From positions 1-39,573 of the forward strand of contig CAZIPD010000002.1 in NCBI GenBank assembly GCA_964541175.1: a DNA stretch of 39,573 nucleotides, given 5' to 3'. Each line of letters starts with the position of its first letter. Position 1 is the first letter of the stretch. The notes beneath the pieces were generated by a model that ran no database searches, had not been told where the DNA came from, and saw only the letters and a list, made by a program, of their open reading frames with translations. This DNA is from an uncultured Pseudomonadales bacterium. Its GTDB lineage: Bacteria; Patescibacteriota; Microgenomatia; UBA1400; MFAQ01. Shown one piece after another: positions 17,738-26,633 of this stretch. Both the position numbers and the translations under genes were made by a program.

Positions 17738-18424
17738 ATGACAAAGTATTCACTAGAAGCACAAAAGAGAGACCTTTTTGGAAAAAAACTTAAAAGACTA
17801 AGGAAGCAAGGGATTCTTCCTGCCAATCTTTTTGGCAAGACCACGGAAAGTACATCCATCCAAATGAAACTCCAAGAGTTTGATCGTGTGTATAAAGAGG
17901 CCGGAGAGACCTCGGTTGTCTACGTCAAGGTCGAAGGTGAAGAGAAAGAACGTCCCGTACTGATTTCAAATCTTCATTTTGATCCCATCTCCGGAAGAAA
18001 GCTTCACGTCGACCTTCACCAAGTTAACCTCAAAGAGAAAGTTACAGCCAATGTTCCCGTCGAGATCATCGGTGAATCCCAGCTTATCAAGGATGGTATT
18101 GCCGTTCTTAACCAATCCATCAATGAAATTGAAGTTGAGGCCCTTCCCACTGACATTCCTGAGAACATCACCTTCGATATTTCCGGTCTTAAAGAGCTTG
18201 GAGATCATCTTAATGTCTCCGACGCTAAAGTTCCTTCCACCGTCGAGATAAAGACCGAACCTGAGTTGGTTGTTGTTTCTCTCTCTGAGCCTCAGAAAGA
18301 AGAAGTGATCGTTCCTCCGGCAGCTGAAGAAGGTACTGAAGGCGAACCAACCAAAGTTGAAGGCGAAGAAGCGGTTACCGGAACAGAGAAAGCTCCTGAA
18401 GGAGAAGCTCCAAAAGCCGAATAA
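17738..18424 (+). CDS. rplY: 50S ribosomal protein L25/general stress protein Ctc
   Basis: 228 aa. The N-terminus (RDLFGKKLKRLRKQGILPANLFG) and two-domain Ctc architecture are present, with an acidic Glu/Ala/Pro tail. Confidence 0.85.
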   Translation: MTKYSLEAQKRDLFGKKLKRLRKQGILPANLFGKTTESTSIQMKLQEFDRVYKEAGETSVVYVKVEGEEKERPVLISNLHFDPISGRKLHVDLHQVNLKEKVTANVPVEIIGESQLIKDGIAVLNQSINEIEVEALPTDIPENITFDISGLKELGDHLNVSDAKVPSTVEIKTEPELVVVSLSEPQKEEVIVPPAAEEGTEGEPTKVEGEEAVTGTEKAPEGEAPKAE

Positions 18425-18457
18425 GTCTCTCAGTTTATTTCTCTAAGATCACCAAGA

Positions 18458-20518
18458 TTAAGCTTTTGGCCATGCGGCTACCAGCAGCAGTCCTTCATTT
18501 GGGTACAACTCTCTCCAGACAGCCTCAGATACGAATGGAGAGAAGGGATGTATAAGTTTTAAGAAAGTCTTCATTCCTTTGCCAAGTTGAGCCGGAGACA
18601 GCTTACCTTTCTTCGCCTCCTCGATCACGCTGTCGCAATACCAGTGCCAGAATTCGTTGTAAACAAATTCCGCAGCCAACCCGATGCGCAGTGCGTCAAG
18701 ATGCTTGGTTGTCTCGATTACGACAGATCTCAAATGCTCCGTAAATTCACTACTCTCTGCCACTTCCTCCCCCTTAAACTCACCAACAAATCTCGCCGCA
18801 TTCCATACTTTATTGGCGAAATTCCTCATCCCCCTGATTTTATCCTCCCCCGTATTACTGTCCTGACCGGCAACCGTACTCATCACCAAAGCCATCCTCA
18901 AAGCATCTGTACCGTACTTGACCGTCAACTCCAAAGGATTAATAACATTCCCTTTGCTCTTACTCATTTTTTGTCCCTTTTCGTCCCTCACCAATCCGTG
19001 AAGATATACGCTCTTGAATGGAGTTTTCCCGGTCAAATAAATTGAGAGCATCATCATTCTCATCACCCAGAAGGGAAGTATCTCGTAAGCGGTCTCCATT
19101 ACACTCGTTGGATAGTAAGCCTCAAAATCTCCTGGTTTATTAAGTTTCAAGGTCAACACTGGCCATTGTCCGGAAGAGAACCAGGTATCAAAAGTATCGG
19201 TTTCCTGTACGTAATCATCACCCGGTTTCACCAATGAGACCACATAGTCGGATTTATCGTCTCCTCTGTACCATACGGGCATTCTGATGCCCCAGACGAT
19301 CTGTCTACTGATATTCCAGTCCCTGATATTGGTTAGCCAGTGTCTCAGGATCTTTTCTCTCCCCGCACCAAGAATTACCGTGTCCCCGTTATCCAAAGCT
19401 TTCAGCGCTCCCTCTGCCAAAGGTTTGGTTTTGATAAAGAACTGACTCATCGGTAGTGGCTCGATCACTCTGTGACATCTGTAGCAAGTTCCAACACTAT
19501 GGTTATACGCCTTCGTCTCTACCGACTTATCTCCCAAGTCTACCAATACTTTTTCTCTGGCAGCAGCCACACTCAAGCCCATATACTCGCCGGCATTCCG
19601 ACTCATCTTTCCCGTGGTCTCGATCACCTGATGATCCCTAACTATCTCGCTCAAATTCATTCCGGCCCGCTCGGCCGTCTCCCAGTCATTCTGATCATGA
19701 GCGGGAGTGATCTTCACCGCCCCTGTTCCAAACTCCATATCCACTCCCTTATCGGCTATGATCGGGATTTCCCTGTTCGTTAAAGGTAACTTCACGCTTT
19801 TTCCGATCAAATGTTTGTATCTTTCATCCTCGGGGTGTACGGCCACAGCTACGTCGCCCAACAAAGTCTCGGGTCTCGTGGTCGCTACGGTAATATCGTC
19901 GTACTTGATGAAATACAATTTATCCTCTCTTTCTTCATGCTCCACCTCAAGGTCGGAGTATGCTGTTCCGCACTTGGTACAGTAATTGACCAATCTCTCG
20001 CTCTTGTATATCAATCCGTCTTCATGAAGTTTAATAAAAGTCTTCAAAACCTCATCCACAATATCCTTATCCAAGGTGAATTTGAATCTTGTCCAGTCGG
20101 CACTCGCCCCTAGCTTCTTCATCTGATCGATAGATAGCTTGGAATTCTCCTGAACATAATCCCAGATCATCTGGTACAAAGTTTCTCTATCGAAATCGAA
20201 TCGACTTTTTCCTTCCTTTGCCAATTTCTTCTCGTATACGAACTGGGTCTCTATTCCGGCATGATCGGTTCCCGGTAACCATAGAGTTGGCTCTCCCAAC
20301 ATTCTGTGATATCTGGTAAGGATATCCTCGACCGTTACGAACATGGCATGTCCCACATGAAGTGGGTCATTGGCGTTCGGTGGCGGCATGATGATGGTAA
20401 ATGGTTTCTTACCCGACTCGATAACTTCATTCCCTGATGGGGGAGTAAAAGCTCCACTCTCTTCCCAAAGTTTAATTAATTCCGGTTCGGTTTGGTTAAA
20501 ATCAAAAGTTTTGTTCAT
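18458..20518 (-). CDS. valS: valine--tRNA ligase (short form lacking the long C-terminal coiled coil)
   Basis: PPPNANDPLHVGHAM (HIGH), LWLPGTDHAGIETQ, WNISRQIVWGIRMPVWY and KMSKSKGNV (KMSKS). I chose the start at ATG 20518 (MNKTFDF...) because the upstream in-frame ATG at 20608 lies inside the T-box leader. Confidence 0.9.
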   Translation of the reverse strand: MNKTFDFNQTEPELIKLWEESGAFTPPSGNEVIESGKKPFTIIMPPPNANDPLHVGHAMFVTVEDILTRYHRMLGEPTLWLPGTDHAGIETQFVYEKKLAKEGKSRFDFDRETLYQMIWDYVQENSKLSIDQMKKLGASADWTRFKFTLDKDIVDEVLKTFIKLHEDGLIYKSERLVNYCTKCGTAYSDLEVEHEEREDKLYFIKYDDITVATTRPETLLGDVAVAVHPEDERYKHLIGKSVKLPLTNREIPIIADKGVDMEFGTGAVKITPAHDQNDWETAERAGMNLSEIVRDHQVIETTGKMSRNAGEYMGLSVAAAREKVLVDLGDKSVETKAYNHSVGTCYRCHRVIEPLPMSQFFIKTKPLAEGALKALDNGDTVILGAGREKILRHWLTNIRDWNISRQIVWGIRMPVWYRGDDKSDYVVSLVKPGDDYVQETDTFDTWFSSGQWPVLTLKLNKPGDFEAYYPTSVMETAYEILPFWVMRMMMLSIYLTGKTPFKSVYLHGLVRDEKGQKMSKSKGNVINPLELTVKYGTDALRMALVMSTVAGQDSNTGEDKIRGMRNFANKVWNAARFVGEFKGEEVAESSEFTEHLRSVVIETTKHLDALRIGLAAEFVYNEFWHWYCDSVIEEAKKGKLSPAQLGKGMKTFLKLIHPFSPFVSEAVWRELYPNEGLLLVAAWPKA

Positions 20519-20690
20519 TTGGATTTCAAATAATAAATAGCCCTCGTCTAATTCCAGTATATATAGGAAATAGGCGAGGGCCATCTCAGGCGGTACCACC
20601 TCGTGCATTCTGCTCTTTGAGAGTTCTACTCAAGCTTGCGCTCTTTCTTCTCCTGGCTCACGGATGACTAATCCGGTCTTAGCTTTTCAA
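20519..20690 (-). promoter_or_regulatory. T-box riboswitch leader of valS
   Basis: On the minus strand, 20603-20575 reads CGAGG-UGGUACC-GCC-UGAGAU-GGC-CCUCG. This is the canonical antiterminator: helix A1, a 7-nt bulge and helix A2, containing the conserved GGUGGUACCGC. Its 3' strand CCUCG is shared with the terminator 5' strand. Val codons GUC-A (20668-20665) and GUA-G (20629-20626) lie in candidate specifier positions. Confidence 0.75.
20527..20581 (-). terminator. T-box leader intrinsic terminator
   Basis: On the minus strand, GCCCUCGCCUA-U-UUCC[UAUAUAUACU]GGAA-U-UAGACGAGGGC is followed by UAUUUAUUAUUUG. It ends 8 nt before the valS ATG. Confidence 0.75.
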
Positions 20691-20699
20691 ATTATAACA
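20691..20699 (-). promoter_or_regulatory. extended -10 promoter (TGTTATAAT) for the valS leader
   Basis: The minus strand reads TGTTATAAT and overlaps the tsaD stop codon. There is no clear -35, which is consistent with an extended -10 promoter. Confidence 0.45.
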
Positions 20700-21699
20700 T
20701 TAGGCTTGGTTCCGGGCTCAGATCTTCAATTTCAACAAAATCTTGATTCAAAATAGCCGCCGCTCCGATCATCGCCGCATTGTCACCGCAGTATTTCAAC
20801 TCGGGAAGGTAGATATCGACCTCCATATTTCTTGTCATCTCCACTAAATGCTCCCTGATCATTTTATTCGCTGCCACCCCTCCTGCCACAAGAAGAGACC
20901 TTGGCTGATAAGAATCCAAAGCCAGAGCTGCCTTTTTCGTTAACACCTCCGCCACCGCTTCATTGAACTCTCTGGCAATTCCGTTTATCTGCTCCTCACT
21001 CAGATCGTTCACGGTCAGTTTAGCGGCTGCTGCTTTCAAACCGGAAAAACTCATCTTCAAATTTCTTTCGTAAATCATTGGCCGCGGTAACTTGGTTACC
21101 TCAACATCTTCACTGGCTTTTTCGGCGGCGATCTGGATTGACGGGCCACCCGGATAGGGAAGTCCCAGAATCCTGGCCACCTTATCAAAAGCCTCCCCGG
21201 TTGCGTCATCAACCGTTCCTCCGATCCACTCCCACTTCTTGTAACTCTCGACCCAAACTAACTCTGTATGACCTCCACTGATAATAAGACCCACGGCCGG
21301 TAGAACAGGAGCGCTAGATCTCTCCTCACTCAAGATCCAATTGGCCGCAACATGCGCCTCAATATGGTTAACCCTGATCAAAGGTTTGTTCCACGCCAAA
21401 GCGAGAGCTCTAGCCGTCTCTATTCCGACCAATAGACTTCCGATAAGCCCGGGACCATAAGCGACAGCCACTGCGTCTATACTTTCCTTCTCAATCTCGC
21501 TCAGCGCTTCATCCAGAACCGGAACGATCGCCTTGATCTGTTCTCTGGCAGCCAACTCGGGAACAATACCTCCATATTTTGTATGGAACGCGGCTGAACT
21601 GGCCACAACATTTTTCTCTACTCTAACTCCCTGATCATTACCCTCAACTACCGCGGCAGCAGTTTCATCACACGTTGATTCGATAGCCAAGACTCTCAT
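20692..21699 (-). CDS. tsaD: tRNA N6-adenosine threonylcarbamoyltransferase TsaD (Kae1/Gcp family)
   Basis: 335 aa with MRVLAIESTCDETAAAVV, VNHIEAHV, GGHTELV and GGVAANKMIRE. Confidence 0.93.
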   Translation of the reverse strand: MRVLAIESTCDETAAAVVEGNDQGVRVEKNVVASSAAFHTKYGGIVPELAAREQIKAIVPVLDEALSEIEKESIDAVAVAYGPGLIGSLLVGIETARALALAWNKPLIRVNHIEAHVAANWILSEERSSAPVLPAVGLIISGGHTELVWVESYKKWEWIGGTVDDATGEAFDKVARILGLPYPGGPSIQIAAEKASEDVEVTKLPRPMIYERNLKMSFSGLKAAAAKLTVNDLSEEQINGIAREFNEAVAEVLTKKAALALDSYQPRSLLVAGGVAANKMIREHLVEMTRNMEVDIYLPELKYCGDNAAMIGAAAILNQDFVEIEDLSPEPSLML

Positions 21700-21721
21700 T
21701 GAGTGTATTTTACCCGACTTA

Positions 21722-23437
21722 TTAGTCCTTCATCCCAACCAAATAAACTGCCTGCCAGGGTTGATAGTTGCTGTAAAAAGTCTTCTCTAATACTGTCACC
21801 CCGTCTTTTTCCACTTTGTAATCAAAAGATACTTTCGCTCCCCACGCCGACCAATCTACTTGTTTTGTAGTCCCTTTGGCTAAAGTCGGATCGTCCACAT
21901 ACATAGTTGCCGGAGGTGCCACCTGACCGGACACTCTTGGTTCCGTAATTGTCGCCACTCTTCCGTCCTTTGTTCCATAGATATCCACTGTCATCTTCAA
22001 ACTTTTTGTATCTACGGTTGTCTGGATCAAAATATGATGCCCTGTATCATTAACGAATTTCAGATCGGCAGTTGGGTTGTAGACCGTAGCGTCGATACCC
22101 GGTTTACTGTCCTGCTCGTAATATCCAACTCTGTATGCGTGTGCCTTTCGCTCACTGATCGGTAATCCGGCATTAAGAGCGGCTCTAAATACCGTGGTCG
22201 AAACCTGACATACTCCACCACCGTCTCCCAAGACGGTCCTCCCTCCGCTGATGATATAAGCACTCTGGTATCCTGTCTCTCTGGAGATCTCCCCAACTGC
22301 TTGGTTAAAAGAGAACTCCTCACCGGGAGCAACAAGCACCCCGTTAATTCTCTTGGAAGCCAAATTAACATTGAATACTCTTCCCGGAATCGAATGTGCG
22401 AACTGGGACTTTCCTCTTCCGATCAATTCCTTTATCCCCAAATCGTTAATGTCCCCGGTAGTGATCTCTGGGTACGTCAAGATCAAACTGATTTCCACAT
22501 CTCCCTTTTCCGGTGTATACAAAGCCTCCCCCAACACCTCCTTGAACTTAGGGATATCAATCTTTGTTCCGACCACTTCAGGCTGGAACTCTTTTACTCT
22601 TTCATTCTCAAAAGTGAACACGGCGTCCCTCGGTTCCGTCTCGATCTTTGAAGATATCTCTTTAATAAGACTCTCAAAACCTGTTTCGTTCACCACGGTC
22701 CCGGACAATCCGAATAGTGACAATATCTCCTCATCGTCAAGAGTTACCTGCCTATCCTTACCCTTAAGGGTTAAGTGTTTTCCGACCCACTTCACCGCTG
22801 TCTCTTTTGCCCTGATGGATTGCGCCTCATCTTCCTCGGCCATAACCACCTGCATCGGCACATCAAGTAATTGTTTTCCTGGTAAGGCCAACATTCTCAA
22901 GATCTCACTTTTCAGTGTCTCTCTAACGATTTTCATACCGTTCTTACCCTTAATAAGATTAACTTCCTCACCCTTTATCTCCAGTTTTGGCCAGACCGGT
23001 TCGGTATTCATCTCGTCCTCTACCTGATCAAGAATTCCCTCGAGCTCATCCTCATCGTACTTGATAGGTAAGCTAACCTCTCTGTGCTTCCGCAGTCCGG
23101 ATATCTGATCATTCAATCTGGTTAAGGGATTCCCGGATCTTCCGATCCCCATAGCTTGATCCACTGCCCAAACAAAATCTCGCTCCACAAGGAACGACGT
23201 CAATCTGACGTTCTCTTTTTCTCCACCTCTTAAAACTACATTGTTAGGTTCTTTGGAAAAGTAAAGCTCGATCAGCTCCCGGGCGCTTTCTTTGTCCATT
23301 CCACTCACCTCAACGCCTGCGATAGTAGTTCTGGGGAAGATCATATTTTGAAAAGCCAGGTTATACCCCACCAATCCGGCAGTGGACATCAATATCAAAA
23401 CCAAGGTAAAAAGTAAAAAATTCCGTAAAATAGTCAT
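21722..23437 (-). CDS. VanW/YoaR-like family protein with an N-terminal TM anchor
   Basis: 571 aa. The VanW core motif is GGGVCQVSTTVFRAALNAGLPISERKAHAY. There is an N-terminal TM helix and a C-terminal beta-rich domain. Confidence 0.8.
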   Translation of the reverse strand: MTILRNFLLFTLVLILMSTAGLVGYNLAFQNMIFPRTTIAGVEVSGMDKESARELIELYFSKEPNNVVLRGGEKENVRLTSFLVERDFVWAVDQAMGIGRSGNPLTRLNDQISGLRKHREVSLPIKYDEDELEGILDQVEDEMNTEPVWPKLEIKGEEVNLIKGKNGMKIVRETLKSEILRMLALPGKQLLDVPMQVVMAEEDEAQSIRAKETAVKWVGKHLTLKGKDRQVTLDDEEILSLFGLSGTVVNETGFESLIKEISSKIETEPRDAVFTFENERVKEFQPEVVGTKIDIPKFKEVLGEALYTPEKGDVEISLILTYPEITTGDINDLGIKELIGRGKSQFAHSIPGRVFNVNLASKRINGVLVAPGEEFSFNQAVGEISRETGYQSAYIISGGRTVLGDGGGVCQVSTTVFRAALNAGLPISERKAHAYRVGYYEQDSKPGIDATVYNPTADLKFVNDTGHHILIQTTVDTKSLKMTVDIYGTKDGRVATITEPRVSGQVAPPATMYVDDPTLAKGTTKQVDWSAWGAKVSFDYKVEKDGVTVLEKTFYSNYQPWQAVYLVGMKD

Positions 23438-23486
23438 TAAATTGGTATACTTGAGATGTAAATCATTTTAACCTGAAAGATCACTT

Positions 23487-24965
23487 ATGGATAATCAATT
23501 TCCGCTTCCCGGACCGACTCAACTAAAACATCAAACTCCGGATAGCTCCACACCACTTCCCGCTCCCGAGGAAGCCGCTCCTCCTCCTCCGGGATATCGC
23601 CCTCCTCCAGCCACGGAGGCTCCTGTTGTCAAACCATCTCCTTTCAAAATATTTATACCCATTGCCATTGGCCTGATGGTGATCGGCTTGATAATTTTTT
23701 TGGCTTCCCGCTTGCTTTCCGGACCTACCACTCCCAGAGAGGCTTCTCCCGGACAGGCGGTCACTCTCACTTACTGGGGTCTTTTTGAGCCTATTCAGGT
23801 CATGAAACCCCTAATTGATGAGTTCGAAAAACAAAACCCCAATATCAAGATTGATTATCAACTTCAAGCACCCCAAGACTACCAAGACCGTCTCTCAACT
23901 GCTCTCGAAAGCAATACTCCTCCCGATATCGCCAGGATCCACACCACCTGGCTCCCCATCTTTGCCAAAAACCTTCTCCCTTCCCCGGCTAACACTATCT
24001 CGGCTACGGAAATGTCTACCAACTTCTACCCCATCATCAGTAGGCTACTTGTGGTCAATAATCAGGTTTATGGTGTTCCTCTGGTGGCCGAAAGCCTTGG
24101 CCTCTTCATCAATAACACCATGTTCCAACAAAAATCCCTTCAGGCACCCAAGACCTGGGAAGATCTCGACTCTGCCTCAAGGGCCCTCAAGGACGTCGAT
24201 CCTCTCACCGGCAAGATCAATCGTGCCGGAGTCGCCCTGGGTAACACCACGAATGTCGATCATTGGCCGGACATCGTTACCCTAATGCTCTTCCAATCCG
24301 GGGTCAATCTATACGATCCGAAAGGGGAAGAGCTCGAGACCACTCTTCGCTACTACACCCAATTTGTCACTAAAGACCATGTTTGGGACGACACCCTTCC
24401 GGGATCTGTGGTCGCCTTTGCCAATGAAAAAGTCGCCATGATCTTTGCCCCCACCTGGAGAGCCCGTGAGATCAAAGAGATCAATCCCTCCCTCGCCTGG
24501 AGAGTTGTCCCTGTGCCCCAACTTCCCGATTCCGACGTCATTAACTGGGCCACTGTTTGGTTTGAAGGAGTGCCAAAAAATAGTCGTCACCCCAAAGAGG
24601 CCTGGACATTTCTGACCTACATTGCTTCGGCTCAAGCTCAACAAATTCTTTTTGAGGCGGCCGCCAAAGATAGGGAATATCCACAACCTCCTGCTCACAA
24701 GGCAGTAGCTATCATCGCTCAGAACAATCCTGTGCTCGCCCCTTTCGTTACCGGTCTTGAAACTGCCAAGTCCTTTTACACCGCCTCGGGCACCAGAGAC
24801 TCGGCTACAGGGCTAAACTCCCGCCTGATTAAATACCTAGAGGACGCCATCAATGGAATAGCTCGTAACCAACAGGTCCCTCAGACCCTCGACACGCTCA
24901 ATCAAGGATTCAGACAAGTCCTTAACCAATACGGCATTTCCTCCACCGGCAGGACTGGTCAATAA
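23487..24965 (+). CDS. extracellular solute-binding protein (ABC family 1, sugar-type), TM-anchored via a Pro-rich N-terminus
   Basis: 492 aa. A Pro-rich head and TM helix (IFIPIAIGLMVIGLIIFLA) precede TLTYWGLFEP...FEKQNPNIKIDYQ...PPDIARIHTTW, typical of SBP_bac_1. No permease or ATPase gene is adjacent. Confidence 0.72.
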   Translation: MDNQFPLPGPTQLKHQTPDSSTPLPAPEEAAPPPPGYRPPPATEAPVVKPSPFKIFIPIAIGLMVIGLIIFLASRLLSGPTTPREASPGQAVTLTYWGLFEPIQVMKPLIDEFEKQNPNIKIDYQLQAPQDYQDRLSTALESNTPPDIARIHTTWLPIFAKNLLPSPANTISATEMSTNFYPIISRLLVVNNQVYGVPLVAESLGLFINNTMFQQKSLQAPKTWEDLDSASRALKDVDPLTGKINRAGVALGNTTNVDHWPDIVTLMLFQSGVNLYDPKGEELETTLRYYTQFVTKDHVWDDTLPGSVVAFANEKVAMIFAPTWRAREIKEINPSLAWRVVPVPQLPDSDVINWATVWFEGVPKNSRHPKEAWTFLTYIASAQAQQILFEAAAKDREYPQPPAHKAVAIIAQNNPVLAPFVTGLETAKSFYTASGTRDSATGLNSRLIKYLEDAINGIARNQQVPQTLDTLNQGFRQVLNQYGISSTGRTGQ

Positions 24966-24969
24966 CAAA

Positions 24970-25797
24970 ATGAGCAATCTTGACAGGGCAGTCAAAAAAA
25001 CTCTTGCCTATTCATCCTTCTTCAACTTTCCTCTATATCCCGAAGAAGTTCATCACTGGTTGATAACCGGCAACCCGATCCCGTCTGAAGCGGTCTGTGC
25101 TCACTATCATCAGGTTCTACCTCTGTCCTCCGTCGAGAAGAGAAAGGAACATCTCCGGATCTCCAACCAAAAAATGGAGAGAGCTAAAAAAATCTCCTCC
25201 CTCCTTTCTCGAATTCCTACCATCGAACTGGTCGCTGTCACTGGTTCGGTTGCGGTTGGCGCCGCCAAAGAGCTGGATGACGTGGATCTTCTTATTATTA
25301 CCTCAGACAACACTCTTTGGTTTACCCGGCCCTTAGTGCTCACCCTCCTCTCGCTATTCTCCCGTCGCAGATTACCCGGTCAAAGTTATGACAGCGCCGC
25401 TCACACATTTTGCCCTAATCTCTGGTTGGAAAAGCGCTCATTGTCTGTTCCTGGGGCAAAGCGCAATCTTTACACCGCTCACGAAGTACTCTTTGTCTCT
25501 CCTGTCTTTGATCGCTCAAGAACTCACTCTCAATTCCTCCAAAATAACTCATGGGTCAGAAAACATCTGGCTAATGCCTATGATATGGCCATTGCTAACC
25601 ATCTGGAGGTTCCAAAGAGAAACAACTCTCTTCTTTCCTCCTTTCTCTATCCGTTCAATCTTGTTAGCTTCGTTATCCAATATCTATATATGAGACCAAA
25701 AATTACCACCGAGGAGATCAGACTTACTCACGCTTATTTCCACACCCAGGACTTTGCCCAAAAGATTCAAAAACACTTAATCCATAATTTGAGTTAA
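24970..25797 (+). CDS. hypothetical protein with a minimal nucleotidyltransferase (Pol-beta-like) motif
   Basis: 275 aa. VTGSVAVGAAKELDDVDLLIIT fits the GS-x(9-11)-DxD NTase signature. Confidence 0.4.
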   Translation: MSNLDRAVKKTLAYSSFFNFPLYPEEVHHWLITGNPIPSEAVCAHYHQVLPLSSVEKRKEHLRISNQKMERAKKISSLLSRIPTIELVAVTGSVAVGAAKELDDVDLLIITSDNTLWFTRPLVLTLLSLFSRRRLPGQSYDSAAHTFCPNLWLEKRSLSVPGAKRNLYTAHEVLFVSPVFDRSRTHSQFLQNNSWVRKHLANAYDMAIANHLEVPKRNNSLLSSFLYPFNLVSFVIQYLYMRPKITTEEIRLTHAYFHTQDFAQKIQKHLIHNLS

Positions 25798-25805
25798 GAT
25801 TTCTA

Positions 25806-26621
25806 TTGAGTATGCAATTTTTCGAGACCTTCATCTACCAACCCTTCTTTAATATTCTGGTCGGTCTCTATTGGCTGATCGGGCAGTTCATGCCCGAACC
25901 GGATATGGGTATCGCCGTTATTCTTTTTTCGGTAGCGGTTAGACTCATTCTTCTACCCATAGACCTCGCAGGATCACGATCGGATAAAGAGAAATTCGAC
26001 ATTGCTCTCAGAGTCCACAAACTCAAAAAAGATTATGACGATGATCCAATCAAACAAGCTGAAGAATCGAAAAAGATCATGCGTCAAAGTCCGGGTGCCA
26101 TTGTCTCCGAGATCGTCAACATCATCATCCAATTCGTCATCATCATCATGCTCTACCGTATCTTTAAGACCGGTCTTGAAGGAGCTGACTTCCATCTGCT
26201 TTATGACTTCATGCCTCACATCCCCCAGCCGATCAACCTGATGTTTTTGGGGAAATACGATCTCTCACAGACAAACAATACTCTCAATCTTATCCAATCA
26301 CTGATGATCGCCATCAACGAGATATTCCATCTCTACTTTTCCCCCGTCAAGCCAACGAGAAAAGACTTCATCTCCCTCGTTATAATCTTCCCGGTCTTCT
26401 GTTTCCTTGTCTTTATCTTCCTCCCCGCAGGCAAAAAGGTTTTCATTATCACTTCCCTGGCCTTCTCCATAACCAAAAAACTCATTGAACAAACCCTCTT
26501 TCTCTATTACTCTCTTACTCACAGGGCTGCCGGAGCCACTCTCGAAGCAACCCCCTCGGTCCCTGCTTCGCCCTCGGAAGCTCCTCCCCAACCCCCACCT
26601 CCACCGGCTCCCGGAGTATAA
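25806..26621 (+). CDS. second YidC/Oxa1-family insertase paralog with a Pro-rich C-terminal tail
   Basis: 271 aa (TTG start at 25806, or ATG at 25812). The TM1 motif GIAVILFSVAVRLILLPI carries the conserved Arg. Five predicted TM helices are present. The tail is PSEAPPQPPPPPAPGV. Confidence 0.55.
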   Translation: MSMQFFETFIYQPFFNILVGLYWLIGQFMPEPDMGIAVILFSVAVRLILLPIDLAGSRSDKEKFDIALRVHKLKKDYDDDPIKQAEESKKIMRQSPGAIVSEIVNIIIQFVIIIMLYRIFKTGLEGADFHLLYDFMPHIPQPINLMFLGKYDLSQTNNTLNLIQSLMIAINEIFHLYFSPVKPTRKDFISLVIIFPVFCFLVFIFLPAGKKVFIITSLAFSITKKLIEQTLFLYYSLTHRAAGATLEATPSVPASPSEAPPQPPPPPAPGV

Positions 26622-26633
26622 TACTAGGTACCT

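Noticed and set aside
18587-19045. 152-aa plus-strand ORF and several 60-100-aa ORFs opposite valS
   Set aside because: They are antisense to a CDS with HIGH and KMSKS motifs, and I recognise no features in them.
20519-20608. Upstream in-frame ATG (20608) that would extend ValRS by 30 aa
   Set aside because: The extension (MHEVVPPEMALAYFLYILELDEGYLLFEIQ) would be translated from the T-box antiterminator/terminator RNA. ValRS homology begins at MNKTFDF (ATG 20518).
20604-20610. GAA-UGC-A, which resembles the canonical specifier context GAA-codon-A and would indicate Cys
   Set aside because: It directly abuts the antiterminator A1 helix, leaving no 3' strand for Stem I. The downstream gene is valS, and the UGGU bulge predicts A73 (Val) rather than U73 (Cys).
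22353-23027. 224-aa plus-strand ORF (and 22301-22651) opposite the VanW gene
   Set aside because: It is a shadow ORF of a CDS with a clear VanW motif, and its Ser-rich translation is implausible.
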